This document shows, one piece after another, positions 30,996 to 40,668 of a DNA stretch of 64,000 nucleotides. Position 1 is the first letter of the stretch; each line of letters begins with the position of its first letter. Source of the stretch: Bacteroidales bacterium (lineage in GTDB: Bacteria; Bacteroidota; Bacteroidia; Bacteroidales; UBA12077); the NCBI GenBank assembly GCA_041686375.1, contig JAWLEB010000014.1:5191-69190 (forward strand), written 5' to 3'. The position numbers and the translations under genes were made by a program. The notes beneath the pieces were generated by a model, which had not been told where the DNA came from, made no database searches, and saw nothing but the letters and a program-made list of their open reading frames with translations.

Positions 30996-33503
30996 ATGAA
31001 GACTATGGCTGAAGAAGACAGAATGATTAGAGTAAATATTGAAGAAGAAATGAAGTCCGCCTATATCGACTATTCCATGTCAGTTATAGTATCCAGGGCT
31101 TTGCCAGATGTAAGAGATGGACTAAAACCAGTACAACGCCGTGTATTATTTGGGATGTCTGAATTAGGACTGTATTCTAACAAGCCTTACAAGAAATCAG
31201 CTAGAATTGTTGGAGAGGTATTGGGTAAATATCACCCGCATGGTGATTCTTCTGTTTATGAAGCAATGGTTAGAATGGCTCAACACTGGTCTTTGCGGTA
31301 TCAATTGGTTGACGGACAAGGAAATTTTGGTTCAATGGATGGGGACGGCCCTGCTGCAATGAGGTATACTGAAGCCCGCCTGAGAAAAATATCTGCTGAA
31401 ATCCTTAAAGACCTTGATAAGGACACTGTTGATTTTCAATTGAATTTTGACGATACATTGAAAGAGCCTACTGTTCTTCCTACAAGAATTCCTAATTTGC
31501 TTCTGAACGGTGCTTCCGGAATTGCTGTGGGAATGGCCACGAACATGCCACCGCATAACCTAACCGACTCTATTAATGCCATAATCAAATATATAGACGA
31601 TAATGAAATCTCTGTTGATCAATTGGCGGACATTATCGTAGCGCCTGATTTTCCAACCGGAGGAATTATTTATGGAGTGGCTGGAGTTAAAGAAGCATAC
31701 AGAACCGGCAGAGGTAAAATTGATATCCGGGCGAAAGCAGAAATAGAAACAGATAAAAATGGTAAAGAAAAAATTATTGTAACAGAAATACCCTACCAGG
31801 TTAATAAATCAGAACTGATTAAAAGAACTGCAGAGCTGGTTAACGAAAAGAAAATAGAAGGAATATCCAATGTTAATGATGAATCTGATCGTGATGGGAT
31901 GCGAATTGTATATGACTTAAAGCGTGATGCAGTGCCCAATATTATTTTGAATAAACTCTATAAGCATACGCAACTGCAAACAAGCTTTAATGTTAACAAT
32001 ATTGCATTGGTAAATGGCAGGCCAAGGCTTCTAAACCTGAAAGATCTGATCAAAAAATTTGTTGACCATCGGCATGATGTTGTGATTAGACGTACAAGGT
32101 ACGAACTTAAACAAGCAGAGGATCGTGCACATATTTTGGAAGGGTTACTTGTAGCGCTTGACAACCTGGATGCAGTTATTAGCCTGATAAGAGGATCGGA
32201 TACACCGGAAATAGCCAAAAAAGGCTTGATGGAACAATTTGAGCTTTCTGAAATCCAGGCAAAGGCTATCCTTGATATGCGACTTCAAAAGTTGACAGGA
32301 CTGGAAAGAGGGAAGGTTAAAAAAGAGCATGCAGAGTTGATGAAGCAGATTGAATATTATAGACGTGTCTTAGCTGAAGAATCCCTCCGAATGCAGATTA
32401 TAAAGGATGAGCTTTTTGAAATAAAAAAGCAATATGGCGATGATAGGAGAACAGCGATAGAGTATGAAGCTGGTGATTTTAATCCTGAAGATTTTTATGC
32501 TGACGAAGATGTAGTAGTCACCATTTCCCATCTGGGATATATAAAGCGGACATCACTGACAGAATATAAAACACAGGGTAGGGGCGGAATAGGAGTGAAA
32601 GGCAGTACTACCAGGGAAGAGGATTTTCTGGAGCACATGTTTATAGCCAATATGCATAATACAATTTTATTTTTTACCGAATCGGGAAAATGTTTCTGGC
32701 TAAAAGTGTATGAAATTCCTGAAGGCACAAGAAATTCAAAAGGCAGGGCTATACAGAATCTCATAAGCATAATGCCTGATGATAAGGTACAAGCTCACAT
32801 TAATGTCGATACACTGAAAGATTCTGATTATATCAACAACCATTATATATTGCTTGCCACAAAGAAAGGAATTATAAAAAAGACTTTTTTAGAGGCTTAC
32901 AGCAGGCCCAGACAAAAAGGAGTCTATGGTATTAACATAAAAGAAGGAGACCGGTTGATTGCGGCTAAACTAACCAATGGAGAAAGCGATATTATATTAA
33001 TATCCCGTGAAGGTAAAGCAATACGTTTCAATGAAACAAAAGTAAGAAGCATGGGACGATTAGCTACAGGAGTCCGGGGCATTAAATTGGGAGGAGATGA
33101 AGACGAAGTTGTTGGAATGGTTAGCATAGAAGAATATGATGAAGATATCCTAGTTGTTTCAGAAAAAGGCTTTGGAAAGCGTTCTTCTATTGATGATTAC
33201 AGAATAACCAACAGAGGAGGCAAAGGTGTGAAAACCTTGAATATTACAAATAAAACCGGTAAACTAGTAGCTGCAAGAGGGGTTGCAGACAAAAACGATC
33301 TTATGGTCATTAATCGTTCCGGAATAACTATACGTGTTCCGGTGTCGGACATTCGAACAACAGGAAGAGCTACACAAGGAGTGAAGCTGATTAATTTAAG
33401 AAAAAATGATTCCATTGCGGCAGTCAGCCAAGTAAAAGTTGATGACAAGAAGAATGTGGGGCCTGATGATGGAAATGAACAGAATAAAGAACAGATTTAT
33501 TAA
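30996..33503 (+). CDS. gyrA: DNA gyrase subunit A
   Basis: [30 protein letters not shown] (catalytic Tyr), C-terminal beta-pinwheel repeats. The exact start (30996 vs 31005) is uncertain. Confidence 0.95.
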   Translation: MKTMAEEDRMIRVNIEEEMKSAYIDYSMSVIVSRALPDVRDGLKPVQRRVLFGMSELGLYSNKPYKKSARIVGEVLGKYHPHGDSSVYEAMVRMAQHWSLRYQLVDGQGNFGSMDGDGPAAMRYTEARLRKISAEILKDLDKDTVDFQLNFDDTLKEPTVLPTRIPNLLLNGASGIAVGMATNMPPHNLTDSINAIIKYIDDNEISVDQLADIIVAPDFPTGGIIYGVAGVKEAYRTGRGKIDIRAKAEIETDKNGKEKIIVTEIPYQVNKSELIKRTAELVNEKKIEGISNVNDESDRDGMRIVYDLKRDAVPNIILNKLYKHTQLQTSFNVNNIALVNGRPRLLNLKDLIKKFVDHRHDVVIRRTRYELKQAEDRAHILEGLLVALDNLDAVISLIRGSDTPEIAKKGLMEQFELSEIQAKAILDMRLQKLTGLERGKVKKEHAELMKQIEYYRRVLAEESLRMQIIKDELFEIKKQYGDDRRTAIEYEAGDFNPEDFYADEDVVVTISHLGYIKRTSLTEYKTQGRGGIGVKGSTTREEDFLEHMFIANMHNTILFFTESGKCFWLKVYEIPEGTRNSKGRAIQNLISIMPDDKVQAHINVDTLKDSDYINNHYILLATKKGIIKKTFLEAYSRPRQKGVYGINIKEGDRLIAAKLTNGESDIILISREGKAIRFNETKVRSMGRLATGVRGIKLGGDEDEVVGMVSIEEYDEDILVVSEKGFGKRSSIDDYRITNRGGKGVKTLNITNKTGKLVAARGVADKNDLMVINRSGITIRVPVSDIRTTGRATQGVKLINLRKNDSIAAVSQVKVDDKKNVGPDDGNEQNKEQIY

Positions 33504-33599
33504 ATATTGTTAATGAAATTAATAGTAATTTGAATAGACAAAAAAATATTTTATTTTTGCGACAAATCTAAAGAATTAATTCCTTAAAAATGAGATAAC

Positions 33600-34802
33600 A
33601 TGAAAAAGAACAGAGTTGTATTATTATCAGCAATGGTGGCTATGCTTGTTTATTTGAGTAGTTGTAGTGAAAAAGCCTACGTAAACCGCGCTCTTACATG
33701 GGCTGAAAATGGTGAAAAACTTGATACCGCAATTAAATCAATTGACAAAGCCACAGAACTTGAAGAAACAAAAGACTGGCCAAAAACTTATTATGCAAAG
33801 GGTTTTGTTTACCAACAGATTTTTGAAAGTGAAGACGAGGAATTTAAAAATATAGTTGAAGATCCTCTTGTAAAGGCTTTCGAAAACTATAAGAAAGCAT
33901 ATGATATGGATGAAGAAGATAAATATAAGGGTAATATAGATGCTGCAATGTTTGCTTTGCATAATAATTTTATCAAGCAAGGAGTAGAAAGCTTCGAAGA
34001 CAGAGATTTCGAAGCAGCATTCACTAATTTTAAATATGCCCTTAAAGTAAGCGATATGCCACTCTTTGAAGAGCAGATTGATACTGCTGTTATGTATAAT
34101 GCCGGTGTTTCAGCGCAACAGATTGGCAACTGGGAAGAAGCTGCTAAATATTATTCCGAAGCTGCTAAATATGATTATGAGGGAGAAACAACTTATATTC
34201 TCCTGAATAATGCTTATTTGCAATTGGGTGATACGGCTAAAGCAGTCGAAACTCTGGAAGAAGGTTACGAAAAATATCCCACTAATGACGAGATGATTGC
34301 AAGTTTGGTGAATCATTATTTGAAAAATACAGATGAACCAGAAAAATCTTTGAAATATCTCGATAAAGGTATTGAAGAATTTCCCGATAACCCAGAATTT
34401 TATTCAGCCAAAGCACAGGTGTATGATAAAATTGGTGAACGTGAAAAGGCTATAGAATTTTATGAAAAAGCTCTTGAAATAGAACCTGAACACTACTTAT
34501 CCTTATATAATCTGGGAGTAGTTTATTATAACCAGGGTGTAGAACTGGAAACTGAAGCAAACCAAACGAAGGATGATGAAAAGTATGAGGAACTAAAGAG
34601 TAAAGCTGAGGAAAAATTCTTAGAAGCAATACCACTGATGGAAAAAGCACACGAAATTGAAAATACTGAATTGTCAATTTTACAAACTTTAAGAACGCTT
34701 TATTACAGGGTAAGAAATAAAGATGAAAAGTACCTTGATAAATATGAAGAGACAACTCAAAAACTTGAGCAGCTAAAAGAAATGGAAGATGAACAAGAAT
34801 AG
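33600..34802 (+). CDS. TPR repeat lipoprotein
   Basis: Lipobox (YLSSC). TPR repeats (AIEFYEKALEIEPEH...). Confidence 0.7.
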   Translation: MKKNRVVLLSAMVAMLVYLSSCSEKAYVNRALTWAENGEKLDTAIKSIDKATELEETKDWPKTYYAKGFVYQQIFESEDEEFKNIVEDPLVKAFENYKKAYDMDEEDKYKGNIDAAMFALHNNFIKQGVESFEDRDFEAAFTNFKYALKVSDMPLFEEQIDTAVMYNAGVSAQQIGNWEEAAKYYSEAAKYDYEGETTYILLNNAYLQLGDTAKAVETLEEGYEKYPTNDEMIASLVNHYLKNTDEPEKSLKYLDKGIEEFPDNPEFYSAKAQVYDKIGEREKAIEFYEKALEIEPEHYLSLYNLGVVYYNQGVELETEANQTKDDEKYEELKSKAEEKFLEAIPLMEKAHEIENTELSILQTLRTLYYRVRNKDEKYLDKYEETTQKLEQLKEMEDEQE

Positions 34803-34847
34803 CAGCAGCAACAAGTACAAGGTAACTTGATTAAATTGTAGATTATA

Positions 34848-34885
34848 AAAGGAGGGAATGAATGATATTTCCTCCTTTATTTATA
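34848..34885 (+). terminator. rho-independent terminator
   Basis: AAAGGAGG(34848-34855)/CCTCCTTT(34871-34878) followed by ATTTATAT. Confidence 0.55.
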
Positions 34886-35071
34886 TATAATTCTATTTAA
34901 CATAATATTAATTATCGGACAAAAATATGAATTGATTTATGTTGAAATATTTTATACCTTATACGACTACAATTCATGGTTACAATTTTTGCAGTACTTT
35001 ATCGAGGCACTTGTCTCTCAAGGTGTATATTTGTTTTTCCAGAGTTATGAAAATTGTTAAAATATAAAGAT

Positions 35072-35263
35072 ATGAACCTGGAGCTGATGTTACATAAATT
35101 TCAATGCCCTTATTGTTGTGGTCATATTTCAGTTATGCTTGATCCGTCAGTTGATGAACAGGAATATGTAGAAGATTGCGAAATTTGTTGTAATCCTATT
35201 GAAATCTCTTGTGCATTTTCTGATCATAAACTTATCTCTTTTACAGCTAAGACAACTGATTAA
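35072..35263 (+). CDS. CPXCG motif cysteine-rich protein
   Basis: FQCPYCCGHISVMLDPS...YVEDCEICCNPIE. ATG lies inside the TTG-start track ORF. Confidence 0.7.
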   Translation: MNLELMLHKFQCPYCCGHISVMLDPSVDEQEYVEDCEICCNPIEISCAFSDHKLISFTAKTTD

Positions 35264-35277
35264 ACCATGCAAAAAAA

Positions 35278-35300
35278 ATCCCGCCAAACTTTGGCGGGAT
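35278..35300. terminator. hairpin between convergent genes (best fit: csp terminator)
   Basis: ATCCCGCCAA-act-TTGGCGGGAT, with an A8 run upstream that becomes a T8 run on the minus strand. Confidence 0.7.
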
Positions 35301-35353
35301 ATAACTTGTAAAAAGGATTCTTTTGAAATGATTAAATCGCAAAAGTATATTCA

Positions 35354-35545
35354 TTATACTCTTTTAACATTTACAGCATTCATACCTTTTTTTCCTTCTT
35401 TCAAATCAAAAGTCACGTCATCGTCTTCTTCAATATTATCGACTAGACCTGTGACATGTACGAAATACTCTTCATTTGATTCTGCATCTTTAATAAACCC
35501 GAATCCTCTGGATTCATTAAAAAATTTAACTTTTCCTTCTTTCAT
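35354..35545 (-). CDS. cold-shock protein
   Basis: GKVKFFNESRGFGFI (RNP1), YFVHV (RNP2). Confidence 0.93.
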   Translation of the reverse strand: MKEGKVKFFNESRGFGFIKDAESNEEYFVHVTGLVDNIEEDDDVTFDLKEGKKGMNAVNVKRV

Positions 35546-35697
35546 AATAAATAAAAATAATTAATAATTCTCCGACAAAGGTATACCTATTTATTGAATT
35601 ACCAATAGTATATAATAAAAATTCAATATTTTTTTATTTTTTTTTTATAATATCATTTCAAAAATTAATTTTAAAGTAATAATTAAAAGAGGAATTT

Positions 35698-36918
35698 ATG
35701 AAAAAATCTGGTTCTGCTGATTTACCTCTACATACAGGCCGGGTTCCTCCCTGGCTTTATGAACGAATGACTAAGATTGGAAAAGCTATAGCTGAGGCCA
35801 TTATAGAAGAATTTGGGACATCTGAGTTTCTCAGTAGAATTTCTGATCCTCATTGGTTCCAGTCCTTAGGAGCTGTCATGGGAATGGATTGGCATTCTTC
35901 GGGGATAACCACTTCTGTACTTGGTGCATTAAAGAAGGCAATTAATCCTTTAAGTCATGAATACGGAATATACGTATGTGGAGGCCGGGGTAAACACAGC
36001 AGACAAACACCAAAAGAATTAATTGAGATAGCCAACACTTATAATTTAAACGGAAACAAATTAGTAAAATCCAGCAAGCTCAGTGCAAAGATTGACAATA
36101 CAGCTTTACAGGATAATTATCAGCTTTATTTGCATAATTTTATTCTCAATAATAAAGGTGAATGGGCGGTAGTCCAGCAAGGAATGAATGCCGAAAATAG
36201 GATGGCCAGACGCTATCACTGGCACTCCCCTATGATTAAGTCATTTGTTGAAGAGCCTCATAAAGCTGTTTGCGGCAAAAACCATGGTTTAATTCTCAAC
36301 CTTGCAGCTAAGGAAGCAGGAATAGCAAGAGATGGCATAATGGAAATCACAAAGGAAAAACCCTGGAAAATGATGGAAGAAGTCAAAAAGCTAACCATGC
36401 CAACTCACCATAAAGTTTTATATACGGATATTGATCTTAAACGCCTTGGAAGTGTACTAACTCTGGCGTACGAAGGGGCTTGTAAAGACTTTGAAAACTT
36501 GCTCTTGGTTCATGGTTTAGGGCCAAAAACATTACGTTCCTTAACCTTAATCAGTGAAATTATTTACGGTACCCCTTCCCGATTTACCGACCCTGCCCGA
36601 TTTAGTTTTGCCAATGGTGGCAAAGACGGAGCACCTTTTCCTGTGCAAACCTCTGTATATGACGACACAATTCAACAGCTTGAAAAGTTGTTGACCAGGG
36701 CAAAACTCGGATACACAGATAAAAAAACAGCTTTCAAAAATTTATCAAAAGCAACAATATCTATAGAAAAAAAATTCCAGCCAAATCCTATACAATACGA
36801 ACAATTTCTTGAAAATGAAAAAAAAGAATCATGGAAACATGGCGGTAGAACAGCTTTCGGCAAATCCCTCCCTCCTAAAAATGAAAATTCCGGACCAAAG
36901 CAACTTAAATTGTTTTGA
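35698..36918 (+). CDS. DUF763 domain protein
   Basis: GSADLPLHTGRVPPWLYERM...LSRISDPHWFQSLGAVMGMDWHSSGITTS. Confidence 0.75.
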   Translation: MKKSGSADLPLHTGRVPPWLYERMTKIGKAIAEAIIEEFGTSEFLSRISDPHWFQSLGAVMGMDWHSSGITTSVLGALKKAINPLSHEYGIYVCGGRGKHSRQTPKELIEIANTYNLNGNKLVKSSKLSAKIDNTALQDNYQLYLHNFILNNKGEWAVVQQGMNAENRMARRYHWHSPMIKSFVEEPHKAVCGKNHGLILNLAAKEAGIARDGIMEITKEKPWKMMEEVKKLTMPTHHKVLYTDIDLKRLGSVLTLAYEGACKDFENLLLVHGLGPKTLRSLTLISEIIYGTPSRFTDPARFSFANGGKDGAPFPVQTSVYDDTIQQLEKLLTRAKLGYTDKKTAFKNLSKATISIEKKFQPNPIQYEQFLENEKKESWKHGGRTAFGKSLPPKNENSGPKQLKLF

Positions 36919-36990
36919 ATATATACTTTATATAGAAAAGTCAATACATTGAAAGTGAGACAATAAAATTGTATATTAATTGTATTATGT

Positions 36991-37124
36991 CATTTGGATA
37001 AAGTTAGATTATTAGTTTCCTGCGCTGAGACTTATTGCTACAAAAGTCAACGTAAGTTAATTCTGCATTCCATGGAACCCTCATGCTTGATGCATAGTCT
37101 TTTGTCTATTTTAGTGGATGAGGG
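36991..37124 (-). repeat. interspersed repeat family A, copy A4 (orphan, no downstream gene)
   Basis: Reverse complement: ccctcatccactaaaatagacaaaagactatgcatcaagcatgagggttccatggaatgcagaattaacttacgttgacttttgtagcaataagtctcagcgcaggaaactaataatctaactttatccaaATGACATAA. Confidence 0.9.
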
Positions 37125-37289
37125 TTTGTTTCAATGGCGATTTTATAGTCAAAACCCCTCTTATTTTAATTAAAGCGATACTTGTGTAATAGCAAAATAT
37201 TTTCAGCAAAATATATTGCTAACTTCTATGTATCCGACCAATCCAACTCCTCTTTTAAAGTGAATAAATACCCATTAGCCTTGCGGTAA

Positions 37290-37680
37290 AAAAAGTTATG
37301 AAGACAAGAACGAGTATAGAGCATATAAGCGCTAGAAAAGTAAAATATTAAACGAAGGATACCTCCAGGAAGCCGTTTTCTTTGATTGACAACAAAACAA
37401 GGACGTAACCGGGAAGGACCGGAAAACTATTAAAAGGCTTTACCCGTTATCTTCAAACTGATGGTTATAGCGCTTATGATTGGTTTGGGAGACAAAAACA
37501 CATAACACTGTAGGGATGTTGGCCTCAAAACAAGTGAAAGTCCGAGAAAGCACTGAATTATGAACATGAGCGGGCAGACTATTTCATGGAACAGATACAG
37601 TAACTTTACTCTGCAGAGTGTGAAACCAGAGAGCAAGGATTAGATTCTGAGCGGTACAGAGTTACGTTGTTCGGATAGAT
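37290..37680 (+). mobile_element. IS66-family transposase remnant (multiple stops and frameshifts)
   Basis: Own translation: EGYLQEAVFFD*...GKDRKTIKRL / GPENY*KALP shifting to LLKGFTRYLQTDGYSAYDWFGRQKHITL*GCWPQNK*KSEKALNYEHERADYFMEQIQ*LYSAE. This matches the central IS66 Tnp motif (LqtDGY.aY...CWAH.RR.F). Confidence 0.6.
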
Positions 37681-37751
37681 ACGATCAGAACATAATTAAA
37701 CTAGACATAAAATATTATTATTAAGACTATTATATAATAAAGATGGAATTA

Positions 37752-38375
37752 TTACTTTAAATAATTTTGAAATTCGTTCTGCATCTTTTCTATCTTCGGA
37801 TCAATTCGAAATTTGCAATATGGTTGATTGGGATTTTTTTGGTAGAAATCCTGATGATAATCTTCTGCAGCATAAAAATTGGAGAATGGCTCTATGTCCG
37901 TTACAATAAGATTCGAAAATTCTCCGGATACATCTAAATTGTTTTTCGATTTTTCGGCTACAAGCTTTTGATTTTCATTATGATAAAATATTACTGATCT
38001 GTACTGACTGCCGATATCAGGACCTTGCCTGTTCTGTGTTGTTGGATCATGTGTTCTCCAGAACACTGCAAGAAGCTCTTCATAGTTTATAATCTCAGGA
38101 TCATATTTAATCTGAACCACCTCGGCATGTCCTGTTTGTCCGCTTGTTACTTCCCGGTAGGTCGGATGATTTACATTTCCGCCAGAATACCCGGAGGTAA
38201 CTGACTCCACTCCTTTTAGAGACTGAAATACGGCTTCTACACACCAAAAACATCCAGCTCCTAAAGTTGCCGTTTCGAGCTTTTTATCATTCATAACATC
38301 TTTATTTTGACTGTATAAAACATTCAAGTTGAGCAATATAAATAGTAATATAAATATTTTTACTGTAGGTTTCAT
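37752..38375 (-). CDS. msrA: peptide-methionine (S)-S-oxide reductase with N-terminal signal peptide
   Basis: GAGCFWCVEAVF, GHAEVVQIKYDP. N-terminus MKPTVKIFILLFILLNLNVLYSQ. Confidence 0.92.
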   Translation of the reverse strand: MKPTVKIFILLFILLNLNVLYSQNKDVMNDKKLETATLGAGCFWCVEAVFQSLKGVESVTSGYSGGNVNHPTYREVTSGQTGHAEVVQIKYDPEIINYEELLAVFWRTHDPTTQNRQGPDIGSQYRSVIFYHNENQKLVAEKSKNNLDVSGEFSNLIVTDIEPFSNFYAAEDYHQDFYQKNPNQPYCKFRIDPKIEKMQNEFQNYLK

Positions 38376-38506
38376 TTGGATAAAGTTAGATTATTAGTTT
38401 CATGCTCTGAGACTTATTGATACAAAAGTCAACGTACGTTCATTCTGCATTCCATGGAACCCTCATGCTTGATGCATAGGCTTTTGTCTATTTTAGTGGA
38501 TGAGGA
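38376..38506 (-). repeat. interspersed repeat family A, copy A5 (abuts msrA start codon)
   Basis: Reverse complement: ctcatccactaaaatagacaaaagcctatgcatcaagcatgagggttccatggaatgcagaatgaacgtacgttgacttttgtatcaataagtctcagagcatgaaactaataatctaactttatccaa, then ATG(38375). Confidence 0.9.
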
Positions 38507-38778
38507 TGAGAATTTTATTTTTTGACTTTTATTGTACAACAAATATTACGCACTAAAAGTTGTAAAAAAAACATCTAAATATTTTTATATATACATAAAG
38601 ATATGTTTTATATTTGCAGTTGACGAATGATATACAAAAGGCATTTAAATCATAAATAAGCTATTGACAATATAATTTGGCAGACAGATGAGGAATAAAC
38701 TTCTTATATATACTTTTACCCTGCCGAAAGATTCTTTTGGTAAACGCTATTATAACATAATAAAATAACGATAAGCAT

Positions 38779-38970
38779 ATGAAAAAAAAAGTCGTGATAA
38801 ACAAAAAAATGTGCCCACAGAATCACCCTTGTCCAACCGTAAATATTTGTCCGGTTGGCGCCATAGAGCAATCTTCCCCGTTTAGTGCTCCTGAAATCAA
38901 CAGGTTGAAATGTACAGGATGTGGAATATGCCTGAATACATGCTTTGCTTTTCAATGTGCAAATTGTTAG
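38779..38970 (+). CDS. small Cys-rich 4Fe-4S ferredoxin-like protein (63 aa)
   Basis: CTGCGICLNTC (CxxCxxCxxxC) plus an atypical first motif CPQNHPCPTVNICPVGAI. Chosen over the antisense track ORF 38716..38955. Confidence 0.55.
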   Translation: MKKKVVINKKMCPQNHPCPTVNICPVGAIEQSSPFSAPEINRLKCTGCGICLNTCFAFQCANC

Positions 38971-39009
38971 GACACTGTTAACTAAGTGAATTGTGATTCT
39001 GTCACGAAA

Positions 39010-39046
39010 AAGCCTGCATTGTTGAGTAATGCAGGCTTTATTTTAT
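39010..39046. terminator. bidirectional hairpin between convergent genes
   Basis: AAGCCTGCATT(39010-39020)/AATGCAGGCTT(39028-39038), with A-run upstream and T-rich downstream. Confidence 0.7.
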
Positions 39047-39073
39047 CTTGAACTGTTTATTTTACCTTATGTA

Positions 39074-40309
39074 TCAACTGTTCGAACTTAACTCTTCAAC
39101 CTCCTTAAATACCCGTAAAAAATTTTCTCCCCATATTTTCTTAATCTCCTCCTCGGAATAACCTCTTTCTACCAGTTCTTTGGTCACATTTGGCATTTGA
39201 CTCACATCACTACAGTCTTCCAGTCTTGCTCCTCCGTCGAAATCTGTACCTATACCAACATAATCAATTCCGATAGTTTCCACAACATGGTCAATGTGGT
39301 CAACCATATCCTCAATTGAAGCCAGCTTTTGAGGATATTTTTTATTGATCTCACGCCATTCTTGGCGTGCTTTTTCTCTTTCTTCTTCGTCTAATTCATC
39401 AAAGCTACCATATTTTTTACGGAGGGCGCTAAACGCTGAATCTCTTTGTGGATCTTCCTCCATTTCTTTAATATAATTTGTCAAAAAACAAATTTGTATA
39501 ACTCCTCCATTTTCTTTTAATTTCATAAGCATCTCATCTGAAAGGTTCCTGTTATTATCACATAAAGTTCTTACACACGAATGCGAAGCTATCACAGGGG
39601 CTTCAGAGACTTCGATTACATCATTAAATGCCTCATCTGAAATATGTGACACATCTATAATCATCCCTAATTCATTCATCTTCTCCACTACATCTACACC
39701 GAATTCACTTAATCCATTATGTTCAGCTCCGTCCGGGTCCGTTGAAGAATCGCATATATCGTTGTTTCTTGTGTGACATAAAGTAATATATCGTGCTCCT
39801 AAATTATAAAAACTATCTACATTGGCTAAATCTCTGTTAATCGGATACCCGTTCTCAAGTCCAATGTAAATAGCCCGCTTTCCTTTGTTTTCTATCTTCT
39901 TTGCATCCTCTGCTTTTAGGGCTAGTTCAGCTATGTCCTGATTATTCCTGACGGAATTATGTATAGTGTCAAAAATTTCGATCGCCTTATTTTTGGCTTT
40001 TTTATAACCTGATGGCGTTCTGTCGTCCTGGCCTAAAAATACTGCAAAAAATGCAGCATCAAGACCGCCTTCTTTCATGCGCGGAAGATCAACAGACGAC
40101 TGATCATCAGTACCCTCGTGGTTCACACCAATATCAAAATCATCCCGGACCATATTTAATGGTGTATCATTGTGGGTGTCAATTGTTAATGCTTCTGCAT
40201 GAATTTTTAAATATTTGTCTCTTTCTTTTTCTGTGTTTTGTTGACAGTTAGTTAAAAAAACACCAAAAGAAATAATCACTAAGGATGTAATAATTTTTTT
40301 CATCTTCAT
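39074..40309 (-). CDS. membrane dipeptidase (peptidase family M19) lipoprotein
   Basis: IDTHNDTP, CHTRNNDICDSS, IDVSHISD. Lipobox FLTNC. Confidence 0.88.
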   Translation of the reverse strand: MKMKKIITSLVIISFGVFLTNCQQNTEKERDKYLKIHAEALTIDTHNDTPLNMVRDDFDIGVNHEGTDDQSSVDLPRMKEGGLDAAFFAVFLGQDDRTPSGYKKAKNKAIEIFDTIHNSVRNNQDIAELALKAEDAKKIENKGKRAIYIGLENGYPINRDLANVDSFYNLGARYITLCHTRNNDICDSSTDPDGAEHNGLSEFGVDVVEKMNELGMIIDVSHISDEAFNDVIEVSEAPVIASHSCVRTLCDNNRNLSDEMLMKLKENGGVIQICFLTNYIKEMEEDPQRDSAFSALRKKYGSFDELDEEEREKARQEWREINKKYPQKLASIEDMVDHIDHVVETIGIDYVGIGTDFDGGARLEDCSDVSQMPNVTKELVERGYSEEEIKKIWGENFLRVFKEVEELSSNS

Positions 40310-40668
40310 TATTTTTGAAATTTAATAGTTTATATCCTTATAAAAGCTTATTAATAAAGCTTTATTATTCGATACACTTTTTGACTTTGCATAAGTTGCT
40401 AAGTTTAATTGTCCTTTTTACCAATATTTAGAATTGGTTTTATTGAATAGAAAGAAGGCGGTTAAGAAATATGAAGTAATTCAGTGGTTAAATCCACCGG
40501 GAATAAAAGTTTATTGAAACAAATTTTCAGGCACCAATTAACAAAAAGGATCTGTACAATAAAACAGACTGAATTATACCCACATCATGATGAAAAAAAT
40601 ATAATTGAATATCAGTAAATTTGTGTTTCAATATCTCCAAACAGATAAAAGGTTTGAACGCTCACAAT

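Noticed and set aside
35199-35564. 121-aa plus-strand ORF.
   Set aside because: It is antisense to the unmistakable cold-shock protein gene (35354-35545) and runs through the bidirectional terminator.
36991-37124. Terminal inverted repeats for family A (5' TCATCCAC-TAAAATAGAC versus the reverse complement of the 3' end, TCATTTGGATAAAGTTAGAT), which would make it a MITE.
   Set aside because: Only about 12 of 19 positions match, with a gap. I could see no flanking target-site duplications. The evidence is suggestive at best.
38420-38450. Sigma-E/ECF-like promoter in family A (GAAC(G/T)T-N15-17-TCAAT), which would fit the envelope-gene bias.
   Set aside because: The putative -10 differs in every copy (TCAAT, GCAAT, GAATT) and the -35 is TTAACT or TCAACA in others. 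Canonical Bacteroidota -33/-7 spacing is also not met. This cannot be supported without TSS data.
38716-38955. 79-aa minus-strand ORF overlapping the ferredoxin-like gene.
   Set aside because: The plus-strand reading has a canonical CxxCxxCxxxC motif and the minus-strand reading has no motif. Confidence in either is only moderate.
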